Positions 40,561 through 51,228 of a DNA stretch of 64,000 nucleotides are shown here, piece after piece. Origin of the DNA: Heterodontus francisci (lineage: Eukaryota); assembly GCF_036365525.1 (NCBI RefSeq), contig NC_090371.1, forward strand, positions 117,752,388 to 117,816,387, given 5' to 3'. The notes beneath the pieces are model-generated. The model worked only from the letters and a program-made list of their open reading frames with translations, searched no databases and had not been told where the DNA came from. The position numbers and the translations under genes are program-made. The stretch's first letter is position 1, and the number at the start of each line of letters is the position of its first letter.

Positions 40561-43274
40561 CGCCACTATTCTCCCATTTGTTGATTTTGGACAGTTAAAT
40601 TTGGGTCTTGATTTTTACTGTATATATCCCTTTACAATCATATATATTTCAGAATAAAAGTTAAGGTGATCCCTATAAAGGTAACTGTTATTTGCACACA
40701 AGCAGCATAATAATAACATGCAACCAGAAAGCCCTTGACCAAGTACAACTTCTCAGGAAACTGACCCTGGTAAATGCACTTGCGAAGAAATTATACTGGG
40801 CTGCCAACTAGGAAGCCTAATTTCCTGTTGTCTAATGCATGCTCCAGAAATTCTATTTCAGCAAGTGATGTTGATTCTTTATTTGAACGTCTGCCTACAG
40901 GGGGCAGGGTTTAAGGTTATGATATTGTCCATAAGAGTGATATCAATAAGAGAGTTATTGGTATTCTGTGTCGGCTTTTAGATTGACGCAGACTATCCAG
41001 CTGTATTGGATCTTGGGTTCCTATCATAAACATAAAGATAGACAGAGAACTAAAAAGCATTAGTGATTGGTAACAGGCAGCATGGCTGATTTTATTTTCA
41101 ACTCCCCAGAGGAACTGAAATCAATTCTAGCATCCCAATCACTGCCCAGGCTGAGATCAACTAACTCAGCAAAAGATGGGAATTTCAACTGGGGCCATCT
41201 GGTCTATATGACGGAGTGATATACAGTTAGTTCCTTTACGCACTAAGAAAGCACTTGCATTTATATATCTCAAGGGCATTTAGCAATAGGCAATAAATGC
41301 TGGCCTTGCCAGCCATGCTCAAAACCCATGAACAAATAAAAACACTTTCATGATCTCAGGACAAAGTGCTTCACAGGCAATGGAATATTTTTGAAAGGTA
41401 GTTAATCTTGTAATGTAGGGATCTATGGCAGACAACGTTTGAGCAGTAAGGTCCTAAAAACAGCAATAAGATAAATGATTAGGCTATGTAGGCCTTGAGG
41501 GGAGTTGATTTGGTTCTTAACACAGCATGAGAAGCAAAATAAAAGGGAAGCTTCTATATTCAATTCAGTACTTAATGTAATGTAGTGCAGTGGTGACTTC
41601 ACCTTTAAGAAACCATACCTTTAAGAGATCAGGCCACTGATGCAATTGATGACATCATCAGACGTATATAAGGAGGAAACGGCATTTTGACAGCTACGCT
41701 CAGCACATGGTTTTACAGAGAGCAGATATGCACCAGTGAGAAAAAGATCTGTACCTGAGATCATACTATGCAGATAGATAAGACAATACATGCTATTTGT
41801 GTTGAATCTGAATATAAAGTCTGCAGTTGTCATTTAATGAAGACTTAAGAACACAGCATAACACTGCACGTAGCAGTCTATCAGACAGCTTATTTACCTG
41901 TAAATAGCTGATTTTTTGGGCTTTGTGAATGTTCTATAGTTTCAGAAATAACCCGATTTCAAAAATTTCTTATAGTTGTGAGAGCAAGGTTTGGAGCTAT
42001 ATGGAGTTTAAGTGGGAAATGGAGCTACAACAGAAGAATTTTAAGTTTTACGAACATTTGAAAGAATGTGAAAAGGACATAAATCCCTTATCAAAAGAAG
42101 GAGAAATGTAGCAAGAATGAAAGCATAATCATGATGGCTGAATAAGGATCTTAAAAGTTAATTTGTAGTCTAAACAGAAAAATTGACCTGGCTTTCGCAG
42201 TCAGTGCTGCAGTGACAGTGCTTGCCGGTGACCTCTAAGAAAGCGACCTGCAAAGATTTAGCAATCTCTGTGGTATGGATTTCATCTTTCCTGATATTAA
42301 TTTGATTCTGGTACCAAGAATAGGGGATTTCCAGCATTCAGTGACTATGATGCCATCAAGCAGATGAAGCAGCCAATCTCATTGAAGAATACTTTCAGAC
42401 CGTAAACCAGGAAGTAAAATGCATTCATTATCTTTCACTTTTTAATAATTTTGCAGAGAGCAGAATAAAGATTGGGACATTCAAATGGGATTAAGCTTGG
42501 AGCTGAAATACCACAAACAAACTTTAAAAAAGTTAAAATTCAATGTGATTTTTTTGATCATAATGGAGAATTTTGACATTTCACAAATATATAGTTAGTT
42601 TTTTAGGGCCAAAGAGGTTGTTCAGCAGTAATTATGAACTTAGTACACTGGTTAAATCCAGTTACACCTCATTCAACAAGACATAACTTTTTCAAGGGTT
42701 TTTAGTCATACTAATAACATAAAAGTGCAAGTTCAGGTCAATTCAAGTGATTTCAAAAGAGTTCCAACTGTGGGGACTTCAACAGCACAGCTTGTGGAGC
42801 AGCCAGGAATCACTGAGTTCTGTGTTTAAGTCTGTATGTGTGGGCGCCAGAAGTTGCTGTCAGTTTCACAGTTGTAGGCTGAGACTGTATGGGCCCACCT
42901 AAGGTAGGGTTGGGGGAGGGGGGGGGGGTGTATGGAGTATCGTGACAGTGAGTGAAGGGCCTATCTCCTCCCCATTGTCAGGTCATCTTCCCAAGGGTGG
43001 GATAGGCTGATGACGGCCTTCCTTTCCAGAGGACAATTGAGTCCCTTAAGTTGCCTATTAACAACCATTTAAAAACATCTTGCTCCCGCTGGGACCTTGC
43101 CAGCAGTGGTCGGGGCCTCTGCCATGCGGGAGAGGTCACCTTGTAACATGAGGGGCACTCCCTGTGGGTTTGGGGGGGTGGCCCCCTCCAAGGGCAATCA
43201 GTAGCTCATGGAGGACCCTCACCAGGAAACACCACTCCCAGGTCGACCCTCCCCCTGGACTGCGTGACTGCCTC

Positions 43275-43520
43275 TGTTGTGTGATTGCCTTTAAAAGTAA
43301 TGTAACTTTAAGATCTTAGTATGCAAATAAGCCAAGTACCAGGATGTAGTCACGTGGCTCCATGCCAGTAACACCAAGAGGCAAGTTCTGTAATAGTTAG
43401 CTCCGTATTGTATATATTAGTTAGCTGTTTAATAAACCTGTTTGAGATCTTCAAACAATCTGAACTCCATGCATCTCATTTATGTTGCATCCGACAACAT
43501 AAAAGAAGCTTCTCATTGTA
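43275..43520 (+). repeat. 5' LTR
   Basis: Direct repeat of 45888-46145. Contains ATGCAAAT, CACGTG, a TATATA box and AATAAA. Confidence 0.95.
43351..43356. promoter_or_regulatory. E-box CACGTG in the 5' LTR (CATGTG at 45961-45966 in the 3' LTR)
   Basis: Motif seen directly, upstream of the TATA-like tract; function is inferred only. Confidence 0.4.
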
Positions 43521-43538
43521 TGGTGGCAGCAATGAATA
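43521..43538 (+). promoter_or_regulatory. Primer binding site, tRNA-Leu type
   Basis: TGGTGGCAGCaaTGaat immediately follows the LTR and is complementary to the ...GCTGCCACCA 3' end of vertebrate tRNA-Leu(AAG/TAG-type). Confidence 0.7.
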
Positions 43539-44284
43539 AAAAAAGCTTCTCATTGCATTGTGGGAACTGTGGTTAGAAGACCACAGGAAAACAGCTTTTA
43601 AAAACTACCTCCCTATGAAAGAAAGTTAAAGTAAAATACTGGCCCAAACAGGGAAAGAAGAAAACACTTACCTCAAGCTGTAGAAGACAGAGCTGAACGA
43701 CAGGCTGCAAGGAAATTGGGTGAGTCTTTTGCCGATGGGCAAGGGATACTGCTTTAAAGAAAAAGCTTTTAAGTTGTTAAGCAGATCGATTTTATTTTCA
43801 AAAGCTCTAAAGTGCTGACATATTGATCTTTTTCAAAGTCTCTGTTTAAAAAAAATGGAGAAAACCCGACTCCTCTCCCAGGCTAAAGGGTGGTCCGCGC
43901 CATTACAAGATGTGCCCGACAGTGAAAAGTGCGAGAATCCTTCATTCACACAGCTCACAGCAGAAGCTATAAAATCACTCAACCGTGAGGAGCTTGCGGT
44001 CACTCAACCTGAGTTTTCAAAAAACTCATAAAACCACTCAAGCATTAAGAATTGCCTCTTGAACAGCTGTACAAACAGACTAGCAGAAAAAAGGCACTTA
44101 AAATACCTATTGGACAGCTGTATAAACAACAGGCTTAGTGCTGGAAGCTGGACATACAGACAAGCTGCTGCTGCCAATCAAACCAGCCAAGAGAGTTTCT
44201 TAAAGGAGAAGCAGTACAGAGTCACTGAACCAGGTCTTAAAGCCAAATTCAGAGCAAAAGAACAGCAGCCAGGTGGATTCCAAC

Positions 44285-44765
44285 TTTCCCAGCATGAACT
44301 GAAAAACCTTGGATATCTAATCTGAGTTCCAACTGTTCAAACAGAGAATGCAGTTATACTTCACAGACTAAGTGATGGTAGAACCAGAGAAGCAAGCTCT
44401 AAACATAATGATAGCGATTGAAAATGAGGGATTGCACAGAATCAATACTTATGAATTATCTGAACAGGACCAGAAAAATCTTGCTAAGATATGGAAAGTG
44501 CTGGAAGATGAGCTCCGCTTAGAATTCACCACCTGGAATTGATCTCCTATAGGCAACAGCCACAGGAATCAATAGATCAGTTTGTCAGTAGATGTTGAAC
44601 TAAGGGCAACGAATGTGATTTCTTGAAACCTGAGCTGTCAGATTGAATAATGGAGTTGGTGATTATATCAACACCCATCGAAGTGTTTCAGAGGGACCTC
44701 TTGGGGGAAAAAAGAAAGGTCACAGCATTGGCGCACTTCTGGAAGATGGCAGGAAAGCACTAGAG
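44285..44765 (+). pseudogene. gag: Gypsy gag (capsid core), decayed
   Basis: FPSMN*K..SEFQLFKQRMQLYFTD..KIWKVLEDELRL/RIHHLELISYRQQPQESIDQFVSRC*TKGNECDF..LSD*IMELVI, with stops and frameshifts. An N-terminal extension may start near the ATG at 43855. Confidence 0.8.
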
Positions 44766-44909
44766 ACATACATAATTACAAACCGGTGCTTGAGGTCCAC
44801 AGCAAAACAGACCTGGGACAAGACCCAGAGAGAAGTAAGTCTCAATCAGAAGACGAGCAAGCATTCCACATTGTGAACCTGACACATTATGTTGATGAAG
44901 TCACGTAAC

Positions 44910-45245
44910 TGGAAGCTTTCACTGCCGTCAACATCACGTGCCCAAATAATGCTGGGATACACACACTCAAGGTGAGGAGTGACACTAGTGCTAGTGCAGA
45001 TATCTTACCAGTTCGAATCCTCAAAGATATGTACTGGAGTTGTTGGAGATTGATGATACAACCGACAATTGCCAAACTATTTGCATACAATGGGTCACCC
45101 ATCACTTGCAGTGGCACATTAACAATGCAATGCAGATACGACAGATCAGCATGGAAACCACAAACGTTCAACCTAGTAGGCACGAGCGGACCAGCAGTGG
45201 CAGGGCTACCAGCTTGTAGGGATCTCAACATCACCATTCACGAGA
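44910..45245 (+). pseudogene. Retropepsin-type aspartic protease
   Basis: ORF 44972-45391: DTSASADILP (degenerate DTGA), KLFAYNGSPITCSG, and AVAGLPACRDLNI (ILG..-like C-terminal motif). Confidence 0.88.
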
Positions 45246-45298
45246 GCATCGCCAAGGGGAAATCTCTAAGAACCGGAACCCGCTCACAGACTCCGACC

Positions 45299-45730
45299 AG
45301 CATCAAACGGTGGAGTCTGGAAACCCAGCAACAGCACAACTATGCTCTGCTTTCACTTCTGCTCTGTAGAGAACCGATAACACCACAATGAGCCAGAACG
45401 GACAGGTATCTCCATGAGACCAAGTACTCTACCCCTAGCAATTCCTCGACTTTAAGCCCCAAGCATTCAGATGTGGAGGATGAGGAGAGGCGAAGGATAT
45501 GCAATGTCCTGAAGAGGCGAAGGAGGAATGAGTTGAAGCATTGTCTATTGGCTGTTTGAGTTGAGATGCTGGAACTTTCCAAGAATGACGAGACCCCAAA
45601 AGTTGTCATCTTGAGAAAAGTAACAGAGTATATTAGCAGGCTGAAGGCAGAGCAACAGAAAATGAATTAAGTGTGGGAGAAACTGCAGAAAGAACAGCAA
45701 CAGATGAGATGCAAAGTCCCTGAGCAAGAG
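45299..45730 (+). pseudogene. myc: Captured Myc-family C-terminus (QHNYA motif, SP-S-D-E-D linker, bHLH-leucine zipper), in frame with the protease, with 3 premature stops
   Basis: SIKRWSLETQQQHNYA...LSPKHSDVEDEERRRICNVLKRRRRNELKHCLLAV*VEMLELSKNDETPKVVILRKVTEYISRLKAEQQKMN*VWEKLQKEQQQMRCKV, compared with Myc RRTHNVLERQRRNELK..LRD..PEL..NEKAPKVVILKKATEYI. Stops at 45389, 45557 and 45668. Confidence 0.93.
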
Positions 45731-45873
45731 TTGTCAGATCACCGAGATGTCCGATGGACCTTTGAGCCTCTATTCTTGTAAATTTCATAATCTCTAGTCA
45801 TGTATGAACAATTTTGATATTGAATTTTATGTACTTTTTACTTTTAACATACAAGACGTATCTACTTATCTTT

Positions 45874-45887
45874 GGAAAGAAGGGGGA
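45874..45887 (+). promoter_or_regulatory. Polypurine tract
   Basis: GGAAAGAAGGGGGA directly precedes the TG of the 3' LTR. Confidence 0.9.
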
Positions 45888-46145
45888 TGTTGTTTGATTG
45901 CCTTTAAGAGTAATGTACCTTTAAGATCTTATGCTAATGAGCTATGTGCCAAGACATAGTCATGTGACTACATGCCAGTCTTACTATGCTACTGTAACAC
46001 CAAGAGGCAAGTTCTATAATAGCTCTATAATGTATATATTAGTTAGTTGTTTAATAAACCTGTTTTCAGATCTTCAAACAACCTGAACTCCACGCATCTC
46101 ATTTATGTTGCATCAGACAACATAAAAAAAAAGCTTCTAATTGCA
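45888..46145 (+). repeat. 3' LTR
   Basis: TGTTG...TTGCA, followed by the TSD GCCTC. Confidence 0.95.
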
Positions 46146-46766
46146 GCCTCCTTGCCCCCCTACCATGCTGGGGCCTTCCGGACTGGCCCCGGCGACCCTG
46201 TCTCACCTACCTCTGGTCCAGGGTCCCAGTGCTGGGCCTGGGTCCGAGGCCTCTGCAGTACCAGCAGTGGCACTGCTCCCAGTGGCACTGCCGATACTGC
46301 TGAGCTGCTAGCCCTCTGATTGGCTGGCAGCTCATGGAGACGGGATCCCCATCCTTAAAACGACCTGGATCCCAGCTCATGAAAGTATGATGTAAAAAGA
46401 CAAGAGGATCGCGAGGTGGGGGGTGGAGGTATGGGGGAAACATGAAAAAGCAGAGGCGAGAATCTGCCCCCCAGCTTTTTGGCCCAGTGCCAGAAGCCCC
46501 ACCTCCTACACAAAATCCAGCCCGTAATGTCAGCAAACATTAACAGTTTTACTATCATTATAACTGGAAAATCCAGACCATTGAGTTAGAGCTATTCTAG
46601 AGGATCTCCCAGTGAATGCTTAGACTCAGCTTCATAAAAATGCAGATTGGATCTGATTTTGGGTGTGTCTGTGGTGACTTGAGGAAATTATCTATTTATT
46701 AGTGTGATAGACGTCTCTGTACTGTCTAGTTGCTTGATCTTGATTATTCAACTGAAATGTTAACAC

Positions 46767-46932
46767 CTCACAGAATCACAGAATTGTTACAGCATTCTGC
46801 CCATTGTGTCTGCACTGGCTCGCCTAAGGAGCAATTCACTTAGTGCCATTCCCCTGCCTTTTCCCTGTAACCCTGCACATTCTTCCTTTTCATATAACAG
46901 TCTAATTCCCTTTTGAATGCCTCAATTGAACC
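46767..46932 (-). mobile_element. CR1 3' end
   Basis: Reverse complement of the family at 3500-3695, with a (cacagaat)n tail. Confidence 0.8.
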
Positions 46933-47365
46933 TAGCACAAAGGTTGTGGTTGTAGGTGGTCAATCATCTCAGTTCCAGGGCATTACTGCAGGAGTTCCTC
47001 AGGGTAGTGTTCTCGGCTCAACCATATTTGGCTGCTTCATCAGTGAGCTTCTCTCCATCATAAGGTCAGAAGTGGGGATGTTTGCTGATGATTGTATAAT
47101 GTTTAGCACCATTTGCAACTCCTCAGATACTGAAGCATTCCGTGTCCAAATGCAACAAGATCTGGACAACATCCATGCTTAGTCTGATAAGTGGTAAGTA
47201 ACATTCGCACCACATAAGTGCCAGGCAATGATCATCTCAAACAAGAGAGAATCTAACCATCTCCCTTGACATTCAATGGCATTGCGATTGCTGAATCCCC
47301 CACTATCAACATTCTGGGGGTTACCATTGACCAGAAACTGAACTGGACCAGCCACATAAATGCTA
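46933..47365 (+). mobile_element. RT fragment of the 23336-26106 LINE family
   Basis: AGVPQGSVLG..MFADD..MQQDLDNI; collinear with 25060-25490. Confidence 0.85.
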
Positions 47366-47489
47366 TTAAACCTAATCAAATCTGGGTTTTTAGTTTTGTG
47401 AATGGAATCATATAGTTAGCTATCTACACCGTGCTTAAGGCAGTTCTACTTGATGTCCAATGGTTCAACAAATTAATCTAGTGAGATAC

Positions 47490-47815
47490 ATAGATCAGGA
47501 ATATCTTAGGTTCAATCCTGGGCCTGTGCTCAGTTAGCTGATCTCCACTGAGATGACAGTAGGAGTGTTACAATTGGACTCAAGTTATGGAGAGGAAAAA
47601 TCAGATGGTATCCTTACTCCTGATCAACTATCCAGCAAATCCTGTTTGTAAATGCATGTATGTGGGTGTGGGTTGAGCACGGAATTAGTCACAGCAGTGA
47701 GTACTGGCACTCACTGTTAAGCTCACACATGAATAATGGGTGAGGCATCCAAGAATAATTGGTACCGGACCCCATCAAGTCATCAATGTCTTAATGAGAG
47801 GCCAGAGTGGGAGAA
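47490..47815 (+). mobile_element. AmnSINE2-like SINE
   Basis: ggttcaatcctgggcctgtgctcagttagctgatctc...ttacaattgg...ctcctgatc...gctcacacatgaa matches the AmnSINE2 consensus as recalled. Further fragments at ~41120-41230 (-) and ~59640-59880 (-). Confidence 0.55.
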
Positions 47816-49561
47816 GCAAAACAAAGGTACTTCAACCATACACCCAAACCTTGGATCTGGTATTTATTTCATAATGCTACCAAAAGGAGGGTGAATTGGA
47901 GTGCAGATTGAAAGTGATCAATTGCAACAACTGTTCCTTTAGTGAGTGCTTGCAGGTAACTGTGAGATTACATACCAACGTTAGTTGAAAGTGTTGAGTG
48001 CTGCCAACACCTGTGTAAAAAATTAACTTCAGTCTTTTGTTTTACTGGGATAAAATTTTTGTTTACATCATATAGTAATTATTCAATAGAGTTGTAGATC
48101 CCAATGACAGTATGTAAAATTGTCGCCAGATAATTACAGTCTCCATTTACTGTATTACTGGAGTAGCAAATTCTTATAGGTCCATAATAGTTGATTTTCA
48201 TCTGTAATATCATATGATTTAAATACAGTTCAAATACATTGGTTGGCATGAAGAAGGACAGAATCACTTGTGATTAAGTTTAACAAATTCCATTGTAATT
48301 TTCTGATTTAATGCATCAAATAACACTGTTAGAATTTTTCCACTAGGACAAAAGATTAAATAACTACTGACATATTAATTAAAGTATATGTATTTTCACT
48401 ATGAACTGATTACATATCAGTAAACTGAAGTAATGCCAATGAAGAATAAACAAAAACATGATTTTATAGTTGACCAAATTCTCCAGTGTTTGCAATTTTG
48501 TAACTTAAATGCCTGGAATTTTTCTACCATATGTGCTTGGTCAGCATTTAGCTGATCAGACTAACGGTACCATGCTCAGTCTTCCTGTTTTGTCAACTGC
48601 ACTTGTGAAATGATATTCAAAATAAATTTTCTATTGGAGGAACTGGCTTTCTTCCAGCATCCTTTGATCCATTTGCACTTTGACACAGGTTGTGGTTATT
48701 TGATTTAGAAACATATTTTGCTATATACTGTGTTCAGTATCTGTCTTTTGGTATTCCTAAAGTCTCCGAACATGCACTTCCCTGTCCAAACTGTTTAATT
48801 TAACTGCTTATCCTTTGAAATCTCTAAGGAATATTAGCATGTCAACCCTCATAACCAAACTTCTGTTGCTACCTGTTTAGCCTGTTTGCTGAAGCTAACA
48901 AGGTTAACCATTGAAGAGTTCCAGTCTATGTTACCTTTTGGTACCCTTGGGAAGCTTCCTTTTCCAGCAGCAAATGGTCCAAACACATTGCTATTGGGCT
49001 TAAGTATTTAGGTTATATAGAATCTCCAACATAGAGATTAGTTTTCTCATAAGACTTTGAAAGGTCATCAATTTTCTGTGTTTCTAGAGTTTTTATGCAT
49101 GCACCAATATTTGTACGTAGTCACTGGAACCAACATTTTCAGAGAGGGGCTGGGAGTGTGAAACATCAACAACAACTTGCATTTATTCAGTACCATTAAT
49201 GCAGTAAAATGTCCGAAGGAGCTTCACAGGAGCATTGCCGAACAAAATTGATACTGAACCACAAAGGAGACAGGTAGGACAGATGATCAAAAGCTTAGTG
49301 ATTATCGTAATGGAGGATAGAGAAGCAGAGAAGCTTAGTGAGAGAATTTAAGAACTTAGGACTGAGACAAATGAAGGTACAGCCACCAATGGTAGAGTGA
49401 TTAAAATTGGAAATGTGCAAAAGGCCAGAATTGGAAGAGCACAGATATCTTGGAGGATTGCAGAACTGGAGGAGGCTACAGAGATGGGGAGAGGCAGGCC
49501 CATGGAGAACAAAGGATAAACATTTTAAAATCAAGGCATTACTGGAGCAGGAGCCAATTTA

Positions 49562-49940
49562 AAAAAAAATCTTTGATAGGATATGGACGTTGCTGGCAAT
49601 ACCAGCATTTGTTGCCCATCCTGAAATGTCTTTGAGTGGCTTGCTAGGCCATTTCAGAGGGCAGTTAAGAGTTAACCACATTGCTGTGGGTCTGGAGTCA
49701 CATGCAGGCCATACCAGGTGAGAACGGCATATTTCCTTTCCTAAAGGACATTAGTGAACCAGATGGGTTTTTACAACAGTCGATGATAGTTTCATAACAC
49801 CATTACTGAGATTTGCTTTCAATTCCAGGTTTTTAATTGATTAAATTTAAATTCCACCAACTAGCAGTTGAACTCATGTCCCCAGGGTATTACCCAGCAC
49901 CTCTGTATTACTAGCCTAGTGACATTACCACTATGCCACC
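49562..49940 (-). mobile_element. tRNA-derived SINE (same family as 36365-37465)
   Basis: Minus-strand head ggtggcatagtggtaatgtcac; tail gatgggcaacaaatgctggtattgccagcaacgtccatatcc. Confidence 0.78.
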
Positions 49941-50152
49941 ATGAGCACAGGGATGATGGGTGAACAGGTCTTGGTGCAAGTTAGGAAAGGCAGAAGAGTT
50001 TTGAATGAGCTCAAGTTTACGTAGGGTGGAATATGGGAGACTGGCCACAAGAGCATTGGAATTGTCAAGTCTAGAGTAACAAAAGCATGGATGAAGGTTT
50101 CAGCAACAGATGAGCTGAGGCGGGGCAAAGTCAGGTGATGTTACGGAGTTGG

Positions 50153-51228
50153 AATCACAGAATTGCTATAGTGCAGAAGGAGGCCTTTTGGACCATCTCA
50201 TCCACACCGGCTCTCTGAAAGAGAAATTTCCTTAGTTCCATTCCCCTGCCTTCTCCCCATAACCCTGCACATCCTTCCTTTTCATATAACAATTTAATTC
50301 CCTTTTGAATGCTTCAATTGAACCTGCTTCCATCATGTTGTCAGGCAGCGCATTCCAGATCTTAACCACTCGTTGAGTGAAAAAGTTTTTCCTCATGTCA
50401 CTTTTGCTTCTCTTACCAAATACTTTAAATCTGTCCCCTCTCATTCTTGATCTTTTCACGAGTGGGAACAGTTTCTCTCTCTCTACTCTGACCAGACCCC
50501 TCATGATTTTGAATACCTCTATCAAATCACCTCTCAGCCTTTTCTCCAAGGAAAACAGTCCTAACCTCTTCAATCAATCTTCATAACTGAAATTCCTCAT
50601 CCCTGGAACCATTCTCGTGACCCTTTTCTGTACTGTCTCCAATGGCCTCACATCTTTCCTAAAGTGCAGCATCCAGAACTGGATGCAATACTCCAAGAAC
50701 TACTGTCTTATACAAGTTCAACATAACTTCCTTGTTCTTGTACTCTATGCCCCTATTAATAAAGCCCTGGACACTGTATGCTTTATTAACTGCTCTCTCA
50801 ACCTGTCCTGCCACCTTCAATGACCTATGCACATATACACCTCTGGTCCCTCTGCTCTTGCACCCACTTGAGACAGGTACCCTTTATTTTGTTTTGTCTC
50901 TCCATGTTCTTCCTACCAAAATTAATCACTTCACATTTCTCTGCATTGAACTTCATCTGCCACCTGTCTGCCCATTCCACCAACATGTCTATGTCCTTTT
51001 GAAGTCCTATACTATCCTCCTCTCAGTTCACAATGCTTCCAAGTTTTGTATCAACTGCAAACTTTGAAATTGTGTCCTGTACACCAAGGTCTAGGTCATT
51101 AATATAAATCAGGAAAAGCAAGGGTCCCAACATTGATCCCTGGGGAACTCCACGACAAACTTTCCTCCAGCCTGAAAAACATCCATTAACCACTATTCTT
51201 TGTTTTGAATTAGGTGGTCTTGGTGGGG
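50153..51228 (-). mobile_element. CR1 LINE 3' portion
   Basis: GVPQGSMLGPLLFLIYINDL..SKFAVDTK and ORF 50232-50573; attctgtgattc tail. Confidence 0.9.

Larger units (their letters stand above)
43275..46145 (+). mobile_element. Non-autonomous Gypsy-type LTR retrotransposon carrying a transduced myc segment
   Basis: LTRs at 43275-43520 and 45888-46145 (TG...CA/TA). 5-bp TSD GCCTC (43270-43274 / 46146-46150). PBS TGGTGGCAGC and PPT GGAAAGAAGGGGGA. Gag, protease and Myc bHLH-ZIP lie inside; no RT/RH/IN motifs seen. Confidence 0.95.
42877..46523. mobile_element. PIF/Harbinger-type MITE split by the LTR element
   Basis: Right TIR AAAATCCAGCCC, degenerate left TIR GGCTGAGACTGTATG, TSD GTA (42874-42876 / 46524-46526). 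The body resembles the MITEs at 36596 and 51501 in reverse orientation. Confidence 0.7.
42185..46580. mobile_element. Outer MITE-like element (pieces 42185-42876 and 46524-46580) hosting two nested insertions
   Basis: Degenerate inverted ends gacctggctttcgcagt / actggaaaatccagacc. Confidence 0.45.

Noticed and set aside
44048-44140. Imperfect ~40-bp repeat (KNCLLNSCTN / KYLLDSCIN) upstream of the gag core
   Set aside because: Only two degenerate units; probably local duplication with no identifiable function.
45299-45730. Functional host myc gene or ordinary processed pseudogene
   Set aside because: Three stops, no upstream myc exons or splice acceptor, and no poly-A or own TSD. It is embedded in frame after a retrotransposon protease between LTRs.
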